From: Spirochaetota bacterium
Lineage (GTDB): Bacteria; Spirochaetota; UBA4802; UBA5550
Assembly: GCA_963664815.2 (NCBI GenBank)
Contig: CAXXHB010000003.1
Coordinates: forward strand, 1,600,001-1,664,000
DNA: 64,000 nucleotides
Direction: 5' to 3'
The notes beneath the pieces are model-generated. The model did no database searches. It saw nothing but the letters and a program-made list of their open reading frames with translations, and had not been told where the DNA came from. Within the stretch, counting starts at the first letter, position 1; every line of letters starts with the position of its first letter. Both the position numbers and the translations under genes were made by a program. Shown here piece by piece: positions 38,326-47,997 of this stretch.

Positions 38326-40719
38326 TCATCTTCTCAAAACTTTACAGGCATCACTGTTTCCATTATTACATGACTTTATGGCATATAATCTTGCCTGAGA
38401 AATATTTTTTTCAATGCCGATTCCATTCGCATAATGAATTGCAAGATTCCAGCAGCCGAATGGATCATTTTTACGGCAGGCAATCTTAAAGTTATAAATT
38501 GCCTTCTGAGAATTTAATTTAATCTTTTTGCCGTCCGAATACATTACACCTAATCTATTACACGCTGTTGCATAACCATTGCTACAGGCAATGTTAAATA
38601 GATCCTCTGATTTTTTATAATCTGATTCTGTTCCATTTTCGTCAGAATACGTAATAGCAAGATTGATACAACCCCATGGATCATCATTTTGACATGCTTT
38701 AGTATAATAACTAATCGCCTTTTTTATATCGGCTGGCGCTCCTTCACCGCTCTGATAAATCATTCCTGCACCGTTGCATGCTATACCTGATCCCTTACTG
38801 CAATATGTTTCAAACAAGTTTAATGACTTTGCAGGATCTTTAATAACAATATTTCCTTTTCTGTACATTTCTGCAATATTGATACAACCCGATTCACTGC
38901 CATGACCGCATGTTTCATGAAAAAGACTATAAGCCTGTTGTTTATTACCGACTTCTAAATAAACATTTGCTAAAAAATTCTTAGTCATGTCAGATGAAGA
39001 GTTTATTTTAACTGCTTTTTTAAGATCAGCAATTGCAGATTTATAATTTTTCAGTATTATATAAGCTTTTGCTCTTCCCCGGAGAATGGACTCATCGGTC
39101 AATCCATTATTTATTTGTTTATTAAGCCATTCAATAGCTTTCCCTGCATAAAATTTCTGCGCTTTATTATCATATGCCTGTTCCTCAGCAAGGACTAACA
39201 ATCTGTTGACAATATCATAATGGCAAGAACCCTCCATGTTTTCTCTTACTGAGTTCCATCGCACAGAATACAGCCCACTTTCTTTATAAAAACAGCCCAT
39301 TATTCTATTCTTTAAACGATATAATGACGAATATACGCTGTAAAGTTGAGATGATTCATCTTCCCGTGTTATTCCATTTTCTAACACATAGATCAGTTCG
39401 TACAGTTGTTCACGATATTTTTTTGCTTTTAAAACATCTCCTGTAGCTGTTGAGAAATTCCATAAAAGATATGAGAGATAAAATTTATTATCTCTGTCAA
39501 GAGGCCTTTCTTGTATTTTATTCTCTAATATTGCGAGTGTTGTTTTTATTTCATCTGAATACCGTTTTGATTGATTTATGTATGTGTCCCATAAAATTGT
39601 ATATTTTTTCCGTTTCAGATAATTAACACGGATGTTATTGACACCCGCAACGGAGATGGAATTACTTTTTATAATTTTAAAGAACGAAAGCACTTCACCA
39701 TATTCTATTACTTTTTCTAATACTGGTTCATCTTTTACGTATTCATTGAAGTTTGCCGACATGTGCTGAGTTGCCCTTGCTACGGCTGGCCAGGAATCTT
39801 CAGGATTTCGGGAAGTAAATGTTATGCCCAGTAGTGATTCTTTATTAAAAGTGTTAAAAAATATTTTAATATCATGACTGCCCGGTTTAATGTTGTTCCC
39901 GTTTTTATTTATATTGAAATTGATATCACCAATTTGAAGAAACAGACGGACGTTCTGCATCCTTAATTGACGTTCCACTATGCGTTTTATATCAGGAAAA
40001 GAACCTTCTTTAATTCTAGAGAGATCATATAAAAATGGATTCTCATAGTTTTTTATTTTAGTATTCATAATATTTAAATCGGTTGTATAGCCATAAGCTA
40101 TGGCACCGAGAAGGGTATCAGCCAACGAAAGATTGACCGCTACAATATTATCCGGCTCCAACCCGGAGAAACTATCTTGGCTTGTAGCCCCAAAATGGTC
40201 AAAGCCATCGCCGTTAAATATGGAATCCCAGATAACTGCAATTTCCTCCCTGTTTATTGTTGGTTTATAAATATATTTACCATTGATTAGAAATGAATTA
40301 TGGTCATTATTATAACTTACTGTTTTAATATCATTACTAAATTTTCCAAATCCTGTAAGTAAAATTCCTCCAGGCATTTTCCCGAATTGCTGTTGAGTAT
40401 TATTAATTTGTTTTTTATCAGTTGAAATTTCAGATTTATATTTTCCAGGATCATTTCCAACGGATTCCCTGCGCCGTACCTGGAATTTCATTATATCATC
40501 GGCTAATTGCCGGACATCAGAGGAGTATTCAGGCGTACGATATGCTTTTTCAGATGCCTGTTCAGCGTTTGGATTACTATCTTTATAGTCCCGCGCGTAC
40601 CGGTATGCCTCCCAGTAGCTTGACATCGGTGTTATCTTTTCCTGAGCTATTGCAGGCATTATTGTTGTAATTAATGATAATCCGATTATTAACGTAGTTT
40701 TAAAACTTAATGATTTCAT
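38326..40719 (-). CDS. Secreted TPR/Sel1-like repeat protein
   Basis: Signal peptide; TPR (RAKAYIILKNYKSAIADLKKA); ~5 Cys-paired Sel1 repeats (ACNGAGMIY, GCINLA, ACNRLGVMY, GCWNLA). Confidence 0.88.
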   Translation of the reverse strand: MKSLSFKTTLIIGLSLITTIMPAIAQEKITPMSSYWEAYRYARDYKDSNPNAEQASEKAYRTPEYSSDVRQLADDIMKFQVRRRESVGNDPGKYKSEISTDKKQINNTQQQFGKMPGGILLTGFGKFSNDIKTVSYNNDHNSFLINGKYIYKPTINREEIAVIWDSIFNGDGFDHFGATSQDSFSGLEPDNIVAVNLSLADTLLGAIAYGYTTDLNIMNTKIKNYENPFLYDLSRIKEGSFPDIKRIVERQLRMQNVRLFLQIGDINFNINKNGNNIKPGSHDIKIFFNTFNKESLLGITFTSRNPEDSWPAVARATQHMSANFNEYVKDEPVLEKVIEYGEVLSFFKIIKSNSISVAGVNNIRVNYLKRKKYTILWDTYINQSKRYSDEIKTTLAILENKIQERPLDRDNKFYLSYLLWNFSTATGDVLKAKKYREQLYELIYVLENGITREDESSQLYSVYSSLYRLKNRIMGCFYKESGLYSVRWNSVRENMEGSCHYDIVNRLLVLAEEQAYDNKAQKFYAGKAIEWLNKQINNGLTDESILRGRAKAYIILKNYKSAIADLKKAVKINSSSDMTKNFLANVYLEVGNKQQAYSLFHETCGHGSESGCINIAEMYRKGNIVIKDPAKSLNLFETYCSKGSGIACNGAGMIYQSGEGAPADIKKAISYYTKACQNDDPWGCINLAITYSDENGTESDYKKSEDLFNIACSNGYATACNRLGVMYSDGKKIKLNSQKAIYNFKIACRKNDPFGCWNLAIHYANGIGIEKNISQARLYAIKSCNNGNSDACKVLRR

Positions 40720-41005
40720 AAATCCTCCAAATGAATATTTTGCACCGGCAAATCATTAACCTGCCTTTTACAATTGATTTAAACCTGCGGATGAACGTGC
40801 CATCTGCAAATAAATGTGGTGTCAAAACAGAATAGACGAAAAATATTTTAAAACTGACTTAAATGATTTATATAAATGAAAAATTTTTTTTATTCTGTGA
40901 AATGATTTAATCTCGTCTGTGATTATAAAGTTCAGCATTAAAAGATTTAACAAGATAATCTAATTAAAAATTATTGTATCAAAATATAGAATTAAGGAGG
41001 AAAAT

Positions 41006-42076
41006 ATGAGTTACATAACAGCCAGAGAGAGAACCTTCGATTCTTTCTTTTTTGTAAGAGCACTGCCTAATGAATACCTGGTTCTGGTGGGGAGAAGGAA
41101 ACTTCAATATTCACTTGGCGGGACAGCATTGCGGACTTTCAGACGGCACCTTAAGGTTCCAGCTTCTGCTGAAATAACATCATTTGAACTTGAATGCAGT
41201 ACTTCTAACTATCTTGGGGTAATTGTATCCGGTTATGTTGCATGGAGAATTGACCCGGTCAATGTAGAGATTGCGATCCGGAGCCTGGATTTTTATAATA
41301 CGGAGAATCCCCTTGACAAGACTTCGGGGCTTATCCGCGATATGGCAAAAGATGCTGTGAGAAGAAGTATTGCTGAAATTAAAATTGACGAAATTCTGAA
41401 ATCAGGGGACAGGTTAAAAGCTTCTATTGAGGGGATACTAAAAGATGTTGAAAAATGGGGTCTGATAGTTGATACGATAGGCGTTAACCGGATTTTTATC
41501 AAAAGCGAAAATGTCTATAATGACCTTCAAATGCATGACAGAGACAAACTTCGATTGATATCTGAAACATCCAACCAGGAGACTACATCCAAAATACGCC
41601 AGAATAAACTGGAGCAGGAGAGGGATATCCGCATAGGGGAGAGCCTTCTTAAGGAGACAGAGATTCGTGAAGGGCTGAAACAAAAAAAGATGTTCGAAGA
41701 GGCGGAAATGGAAAAAATGCGTCTTTTTAAAGAGAAGGAAAAAGAAGAGCTGCGACTTTCACAGGAACTTGAGGAAGCGAGGTATAACTACCAGAAAGAA
41801 CGTATTGAACATGATGATTATCTGCAGGGGATAAGATACGGAATTGAGATGAAAAATCTAGATATAGCTGAAAGAAAACGGCAGGTTGAAGGGGGCCTTA
41901 GCGATAGGGAACTGGCAGAGCTGATGGCGGAAAAACTTGAAAATATTTCCGGGATGTTCAGCAAATCCAATCTCACGGTGTTAGGAAACAGCGCGGAAGC
42001 GATGGGATCAATTCTTGCACCAATACAAATGGCGGGGGAACTGATAAAAGATATGTTGAATAAAAGCAGGGCGTAG
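41006..42076 (+). CDS. SPFH/band-7 (flotillin-like) domain protein
   Basis: ALPNEYLV, GYVAWRIDP, AVRRSIAEIKIDEIL, WGLIVDTI; coiled-coil tail; AAGGAGG RBS. Confidence 0.85.
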   Translation: MSYITARERTFDSFFFVRALPNEYLVLVGRRKLQYSLGGTALRTFRRHLKVPASAEITSFELECSTSNYLGVIVSGYVAWRIDPVNVEIAIRSLDFYNTENPLDKTSGLIRDMAKDAVRRSIAEIKIDEILKSGDRLKASIEGILKDVEKWGLIVDTIGVNRIFIKSENVYNDLQMHDRDKLRLISETSNQETTSKIRQNKLEQERDIRIGESLLKETEIREGLKQKKMFEEAEMEKMRLFKEKEKEELRLSQELEEARYNYQKERIEHDDYLQGIRYGIEMKNLDIAERKRQVEGGLSDRELAELMAEKLENISGMFSKSNLTVLGNSAEAMGSILAPIQMAGELIKDMLNKSRA

Positions 42077-42087
42077 AAAGAAATTTT

Positions 42088-42131
42088 AAATCCTGATTTT
42101 TTTCACAATTCGCAGAAAAAGATTAGGATTT
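42088..42131 (+). terminator. Probable intrinsic terminator
   Basis: Imperfect stem AAATCCTGATTTTTT / AAAAAGATTAGGATTT followed by a T run. Confidence 0.5.
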
Positions 42132-42251
42132 TTTATTATAAAAATATTTTCAGATAAAATTAATCTGTAATCGGAAGCAGCAGTATGGATATTTGTATTT
42201 TCAGTATAACGGAAGTTTTCTTAATATATAAAGTATATCTTTCTCCGGAAG

Positions 42252-42482
42252 AGGCGTGCAATTCAGCTGGGGCTAAAGGGTGACATGCGGAAAGAGTATT
42301 CGAAAGAGGCGATTATTAATATTTATGATATGACACAGTTTGTAAATGACCAGTTTAATAATCTTCAATCTGGAGTTGTTGATGGCCTGATTATTCCTCT
42401 GGAAGAGGAATACATTGAGGGTGATGAAAATATAAAAAGAAGAATCGGATTACAGAATGACATATTTCAAATTCAGAATTAA
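42252..42482 (+). pseudogene. C-terminal remnant of a DUF4291 family gene
   Basis: RRAIQLGLKGDMRKEYSKEAIINIYDMT...LIIPLEEEY aligns with KAIQIGLTPAVLREYSDAIVRIVDMS...LLPDERPY of 43596-44243. Confidence 0.7.
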
Positions 42483-42593
42483 ATCTGAAAATTGATTGAT
42501 TATTCAATTATAAGGAGAATATATTAAAACTTATTTTGTAAATCGTCTATATATAATTAAAATAATTAATTTTAAAAAGATTGGAGAAATCAT

Positions 42594-43559
42594 ATGAAAA
42601 AGGCTATGGCAATAATATGCATTTTATCCTGCGCATGCTGCATCAGCTGCAAAAAAAGCCGGATTGACTGGCATAAGGAATTAAAATTAATTAACCCGGA
42701 AACTGCGCTTCTTCATGGGAGAATAAAATCCCTACACTCTTTTTATTATAAGGCAGATGAAAAATTCGGCAAAGTGATCAAAGTTGAAAGAATACCAGCA
42801 TATAAACTTGATAATGGTATACCTGAACAGCAAGTTTTTGATAAAAACAGAAACATTATAGAATCAATTTGTTTTGAGTCTGACAGCTCGATTCGTACAA
42901 AAATAACATATAAATATAATGAGAATAATCATATAACTGAAAGAAATGTATTTGATAGTTCCGGAACTCTACTAAGAAAGAATTCTTATATATATAATGA
43001 AAACGAATGTCTGGTTGAAGAGTTAACAATTAATAATAAAAATGAAATAGAAGTAAAAAACACATTTATATATGACGCAAGAGGGGATTTTGTTGAAGGA
43101 AATTCTTATAATTCCGATGGGAAAATATCCGGAAAAACAAAATCAAAATATGACGATGATAATAATTCACTAGAGATTATCAAATATAATCCTGATGGGA
43201 AACCGAAAGATAAAAACATTTTTAAATATAATTCCAAAGGGAGTTTCATTGAAGAAGATAGTTTTAATAAAGCTGGAATTCTTCTGGTTAAAACATTTTG
43301 GCAATATGATAAAAATGAAAGAGTAATTGAATCATTTGATTACAAAGGAGAATCTTCAGTAAAACTATCAAGAATGACATCATTATATGATGATAGCGGT
43401 AATATAATTGAAAAATGTGACTATATGGATGATGGCAGTCTTTTCTATAAAGTAGAATTCAAGTATATTTATGATAAAAACAATAACTGGATATCAAAAA
43501 TTCAATACTATAATGGGGTTCCTACTTTATTTGCAGAAAGAGAGATTGAGTATTATTAA
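42594..43559 (+). CDS. YD/RHS-like repeat lipoprotein
   Basis: Lipoprotein signal (CCISC); ~24-aa repeats YKYNENNH, YIYNENE, FIYDARGD, KYDDDNN, YDKNNNWI; ends REIEYY. Confidence 0.85.
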   Translation: MKKAMAIICILSCACCISCKKSRIDWHKELKLINPETALLHGRIKSLHSFYYKADEKFGKVIKVERIPAYKLDNGIPEQQVFDKNRNIIESICFESDSSIRTKITYKYNENNHITERNVFDSSGTLLRKNSYIYNENECLVEELTINNKNEIEVKNTFIYDARGDFVEGNSYNSDGKISGKTKSKYDDDNNSLEIIKYNPDGKPKDKNIFKYNSKGSFIEEDSFNKAGILLVKTFWQYDKNERVIESFDYKGESSVKLSRMTSLYDDSGNIIEKCDYMDDGSLFYKVEFKYIYDKNNNWISKIQYYNGVPTLFAEREIEYY

Positions 43560-43595
43560 TGATTATTTCAAAGAAACTTAAAAGAAAGTAAAATA

Positions 43596-44243
43596 ATGAA
43601 CGAATCATTCTATAAAAACGAAAGGCCATACCGGGAGATACGGGCTGTGTTTGATGAAACTACAATCCGTGTTTACCAGGCCTTCAGCAGGGAGATAGCA
43701 CTCCCTGCTCTTGAAAAACAGAAATTTGTTGAGCCTTTCAAATTTGATATCAGGACTTCATGGATCAAACCTTCGTTTATATGGACGATGAAAAGAACGG
43801 GGTGGGGAAGGTTCAGTGCCGTTAGTAAAAACAAAGGCTATTCACTAAATGCCGATGATGCCCTTGTGCTGGCAGTTGATATTCCGCGTCCGTTTTTTGA
43901 ACGGATTCTCGCTGATGCATGGGTTAACCATTTTGAAGAGGATTTTGAAGAGAGCAGGAAATCGTGGCAGAGAAAAAGGGAGAGTTCGAATGTTTATGTA
44001 CAGTGGGACCCTGAGAAGTATCTGAGTGGCGGCGTAAGAAGATTCAAGGCCATCCAGATAGGCCTTACACCTGCTGTTCTCCGTGAATACAGCGATGCTA
44101 TTGTAAGGATTGTAGATATGTCTGGAGCGATTGAAAAAATTACAACTGCCGGGAGTGACGGGGAGAAGATTATGCTTCTCCCGGACGAAAGGCCTTATCC
44201 TGTTGATGAAAAATTGAAGTTTACGCTGCATATGCGGAATTAA
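43596..44243 (+). CDS. DUF4291 family protein
   Basis: EIRAVFDETTIRVYQAF, SWIKPSFIW, GWG, VQWDPE, AIQIGL. Confidence 0.88.
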   Translation: MNESFYKNERPYREIRAVFDETTIRVYQAFSREIALPALEKQKFVEPFKFDIRTSWIKPSFIWTMKRTGWGRFSAVSKNKGYSLNADDALVLAVDIPRPFFERILADAWVNHFEEDFEESRKSWQRKRESSNVYVQWDPEKYLSGGVRRFKAIQIGLTPAVLREYSDAIVRIVDMSGAIEKITTAGSDGEKIMLLPDERPYPVDEKLKFTLHMRN

Positions 44244-44653
44244 AAATCATAAAAAATCTTTATATTTCAAAACTTTTTGAAGAATGTATCCGTAAAGACA
44301 TCTTTGAAAACTGAAAAATCATACTTTACAAAACTCCTTGATAATTACCCACCTGCTGTTTATGGCGGGCTTTACCAGCTTGCAAGGTACGATAGTGTTA
44401 AATCTAAGGCTTTCTTCGATGATGCCTGCTGCTTTAAAAATGATATCTGGAACTGTAATAAAAACCAGGATTCTTATGACCTATTTATACAAATAGCCGG
44501 AGAAGTGCTATTTTTAAAAATCCGGTAGGGAGTCTAAAAATTTTCACTTGTTAAAAAAATTCATCAGATTAAAACTTTTAAAAGGAATTCATGATATATA
44601 CTAGTGACGTTTATCAATAGCATATGTGAATAAAAATTCTATGGAGAATTAAA

Positions 44654-44908
44654 ATGAAAAAGATACTTATAATATTCTGCATGATAGCCCTTGCAGGATG
44701 CGGCAACTGCAAAAAAAACACAAGCAACACAATCTGGGATAGTTTTAACCTTAAAGGGGAAATAAAAGAACTGCATACTTTTTACTACGAGGCTGAAGAA
44801 AAATTCGGCGAAATTCAGAAGGGAAAAAGATTAAGTGCATATGATAACTTTGAAGATGCAGAATTAATTACTTTTAATAAAAATGACCACGCAATTCAAA
44901 TAATTTAA
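44654..44908 (+). pseudogene. Truncated paralog of the YD-repeat lipoprotein
   Basis: Lipobox LAGC; LKGEIKELHTFYYEAEEKFGEI vs LHGRIKSLHSFYYKADEKFGKV in 42594; stops before the repeats. Confidence 0.7.
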
Positions 44909-45252
44909 AATATATACAATACAGATTTTGACAGTTTATTGAATGAATTTAAAAATAATGCAAAGAAATAGTTTAGTACCCACGCGTTATTGTATTCCGC
45001 AGATTTATTAATTCATAAGCCCGGTATCTGTTCTTATGGGCATGCTGCAAGGGCAGGTTGCAATACGACTATACGCATGATAAATAGGTACTTGTAGATA
45101 TGTCAGTAATAATGATGTAATTTTTCGAAAAAATGCATGATTTTTAAGTAATGTATAATTCTCTTTTTTACTATTATTTTATTAAAAAATACTTGCAAAT
45201 TGAAATTTATTTCTTTTTATTGCATAATCAGTTATATAATCGGGTATGATAA

Positions 45253-46215
45253 ATGAAATTTTTTGCAAAAACAGGAAAAATGGCTTTAGGTAGTCGATTA
45301 CGACTGCTCACTGCAAAAGTAACCGAAGACGCATCCGGAATTTATAAGCTGTACAACATAGAATTTTCTCCAAAATGGTTTCCCGTTTTTTTTATTCTTT
45401 CAGAAGAAGGTGAAAAAACTATTACTGAAATTGCCGATGAAATCGGGCATTCCCAGCCGTCTGTTACTAAAATAGTCAAGGAAATGACGGTAGCCGGATT
45501 AGTTCAGGAAAACCGAAAAGCCCGGGATAAACGCAAGAACGTTGTGGTATTAAGCAAAAAAGGGAAGAATATTTCAGAGAAGCTCAGAATTCAATGTACA
45601 GATGTGGATGCGGCAATTGGTAGTATCATTGATGAGGCCGAACATAACCTATGGGAAGCTATTGAAGAATGGGAGTTTCTGCTGGGACAGAAATCATTAT
45701 TAAAAAGAGTTCAGGAACAAAAAAAAATAAGAGAAAGTAAAGACGTGCAGATTGTGGAATTTGAACCACTATATCAATCGGCTTTTCGATCACTAAATGA
45801 AGAATGGATTTCAACTTATTTTGAGATGGAAGAAATAGATTATTTGGCTTTAGACAATCCAAAAGAATACATTCTGGACAAAGGTGGTAAGATATTTGTA
45901 GCACTTTACAACAATAAACCAGTTGGGGTTTGTTCGCTTATTAAAATGAACAATTTCAGCTATGATTTTGAGCTGGCCAAAATGGCCGTTTCACCTGTGG
46001 CACAAGGGAAAAATATCGGCTGGTTGCTGGGCCAGACTGCCATCAATACCGCTAAAGAAATGGGTGCATCCAAAATATATCTTGAAAGTAATACTATTCT
46101 GAAGCCGGCAATCAGTCTTTACCATAAACTGGGTTTTTGTAAAATTTCAGGAAACACATCACCATATAAACGCTGTAATATTCAGATGGAATTAAATTTA
46201 AGTATTAAAAAATGA
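45253..46215 (+). CDS. Bifunctional MarR-HTH / GNAT acetyltransferase
   Basis: ALGSRLR, TITEIA..IGHSQPSV; ELAKMAVSP.AQGKNIG, LESNT.L.PAI.LY.KLGF. Confidence 0.92.
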   Translation: MKFFAKTGKMALGSRLRLLTAKVTEDASGIYKLYNIEFSPKWFPVFFILSEEGEKTITEIADEIGHSQPSVTKIVKEMTVAGLVQENRKARDKRKNVVVLSKKGKNISEKLRIQCTDVDAAIGSIIDEAEHNLWEAIEEWEFLLGQKSLLKRVQEQKKIRESKDVQIVEFEPLYQSAFRSLNEEWISTYFEMEEIDYLALDNPKEYILDKGGKIFVALYNNKPVGVCSLIKMNNFSYDFELAKMAVSPVAQGKNIGWLLGQTAINTAKEMGASKIYLESNTILKPAISLYHKLGFCKISGNTSPYKRCNIQMELNLSIKK

Positions 46216-46404
46216 TGAATATAGTAAAAATGAATCAGGTGTTCATAAACATCCAGAAGAGCAAAAATAGTTATATTGTTCCAGATATATATTGAAATTT
46301 AAAGAAAAATTTTTCTTAACTTAAGGCGATACCTGTGACGAGTTTACACCAGTAAGACAGGATAATCTTTAGCTTCTTATATACATAATATTAATAGGTA
46401 AAAT

Positions 46405-46806
46405 ATGTTTGAAAGAATAAAACAGAGTTTTGATAAACAGGGCTTTATGCAGACGTTGGATGCACAGTTGCTGGAAGTAAAAAAAGGTCAGGTTAAAATA
46501 TCCTGCGAATTTTCAGATTCACTGACACAACAGCATGGTTTTTTTCATGCAGGAGTAGCAACAAGCATCGTAGACAGCGCCTGCGGTTATGCAGCTCTTA
46601 CAATGATGCCGGTTAATGTTGAAGTCTTAACAGTTGAATTTAAAATCAATTTTTTAAAACCCGCTCAAACGTCCAGACTTATCGCTACTGGAAAAGTTCT
46701 GCAATCAGGTAAAACTTTAATGGTTTGTGAAGGTTTTGTATTTGACAGTGATGAGAAAATTTTAATTGCAAAAATGACAGCAACAATGATTGCAGTAGCT
46801 AAATAG
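46405..46806 (+). CDS. PaaI family thioesterase
   Basis: QQHGFFHAG...DSACG, TVEFKINFLKPA. Confidence 0.92.
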   Translation: MFERIKQSFDKQGFMQTLDAQLLEVKKGQVKISCEFSDSLTQQHGFFHAGVATSIVDSACGYAALTMMPVNVEVLTVEFKINFLKPAQTSRLIATGKVLQSGKTLMVCEGFVFDSDEKILIAKMTATMIAVAK

Positions 46807-46954
46807 AAGTTTAATCTGATATCCATGGATTGTCTTAAAGTATAAATAGATGGAAGCTTGATCTGTATAAACTGTAGGAAATAGTCAGAAACCTACTAAA
46901 TGGTTAACTCATGAAAATTCTTTAATACCGGTTAAACACTGGATTTAAAATAAA

Positions 46955-47743
46955 ATGATACAGAAACAATTTATTGAACATGCATCTGTAATTATCAGGG
47001 ATAATCCGGAGGTTTCAGGATTGGCTGTTGGCGGCTCCTGGATATCTGATGAGATTGATGAATATTCCGATTTAGACTTGATTCTTGTGACCCGGGAAAA
47101 AATATCAGGTGATAAGGAAAAGATGTTAGGCATTGCAAAGACTCTTGGTAACCTGCTGAACGCTTTTACCGGTGAGCATGTTGGTGAAGAGAGGTTGCTG
47201 ATCTGCCTGTTTGATAATCCGCTGCTGCATGTGGACATAAAATTTTTAACTTCAGATGAATTTCATAACAGGGTGGAAGATCCATATATATACTGGGAAA
47301 GAGATAGTTGTTTAACAAAGATTATTAACTCAACAGAATCTGAATGGCCGAGGTTAGATTATCAATGGGTTGAAGACCGGTTCTGGACATGGGTGCATTA
47401 TGCGACTTTAAAGCTTGGTCGTGGAGAATATTTTGAAGCATTGGATTTTTTATCATATTTAAGGTCAAATGTTATTGCTCCGTTACTTCAGATTAAAAAC
47501 AGAAATCTGCCGAGAGGACTCAGAAAAGTTGAATTTAACTTTAAACAATCAGATATCGATAGATTAATAGAAACAGTACCGGCTTATTCATCACAGGACA
47601 TTTTCACTTCATTAGAAAAGACATTTATTCTTTATAAACAGCTTCGGGAATATCTATTTCCTGACACTGTTGCTTTACATGATAAAACCGAGATGAAAGT
47701 ACTTGATTATTTTTATGAAACAAAAACGAAAAGTGAAAATTAA
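46955..47743 (+). CDS. Pol-beta-type nucleotidyltransferase (aminoglycoside adenylyltransferase/Lnu-like fold)
   Basis: GGS...DEYSDLDL, HVDIKF, KLGRGEYFEA. Confidence 0.8.
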   Translation: MIQKQFIEHASVIIRDNPEVSGLAVGGSWISDEIDEYSDLDLILVTREKISGDKEKMLGIAKTLGNLLNAFTGEHVGEERLLICLFDNPLLHVDIKFLTSDEFHNRVEDPYIYWERDSCLTKIINSTESEWPRLDYQWVEDRFWTWVHYATLKLGRGEYFEALDFLSYLRSNVIAPLLQIKNRNLPRGLRKVEFNFKQSDIDRLIETVPAYSSQDIFTSLEKTFILYKQLREYLFPDTVALHDKTEMKVLDYFYETKTKSEN

Positions 47744-47997
47744 CCTGCAATGTAGTTGAACTAAAACGATCCAACTATGCGGCTGCAGATAAAGGAATGA
47801 TTATTAAAACATTAACAGGCGTTATAACGAAGATCAAACTGTTGAATCATTCTATGGTCAGGTTATAACAATTTTCAGGCGTGAAGATTACCGGAGAAGT
47901 TGTTGAAAATGTATGACAGCTGAACAATATGATCATACTTTAATGATTGTAAAAAACTTAACTACCGGTGAAGGAATATTGGAATATAATAATCTGA

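Noticed and set aside
44277-44528. 83-aa ORF
   Set aside because: TTG start, no RBS, no recognisable motif; may be spurious or a remnant
46955-47743. Aminoglycoside resistance gene (aadK/ant6)
   Set aside because: Only the general nucleotidyltransferase motif is recognisable; substrate cannot be inferred
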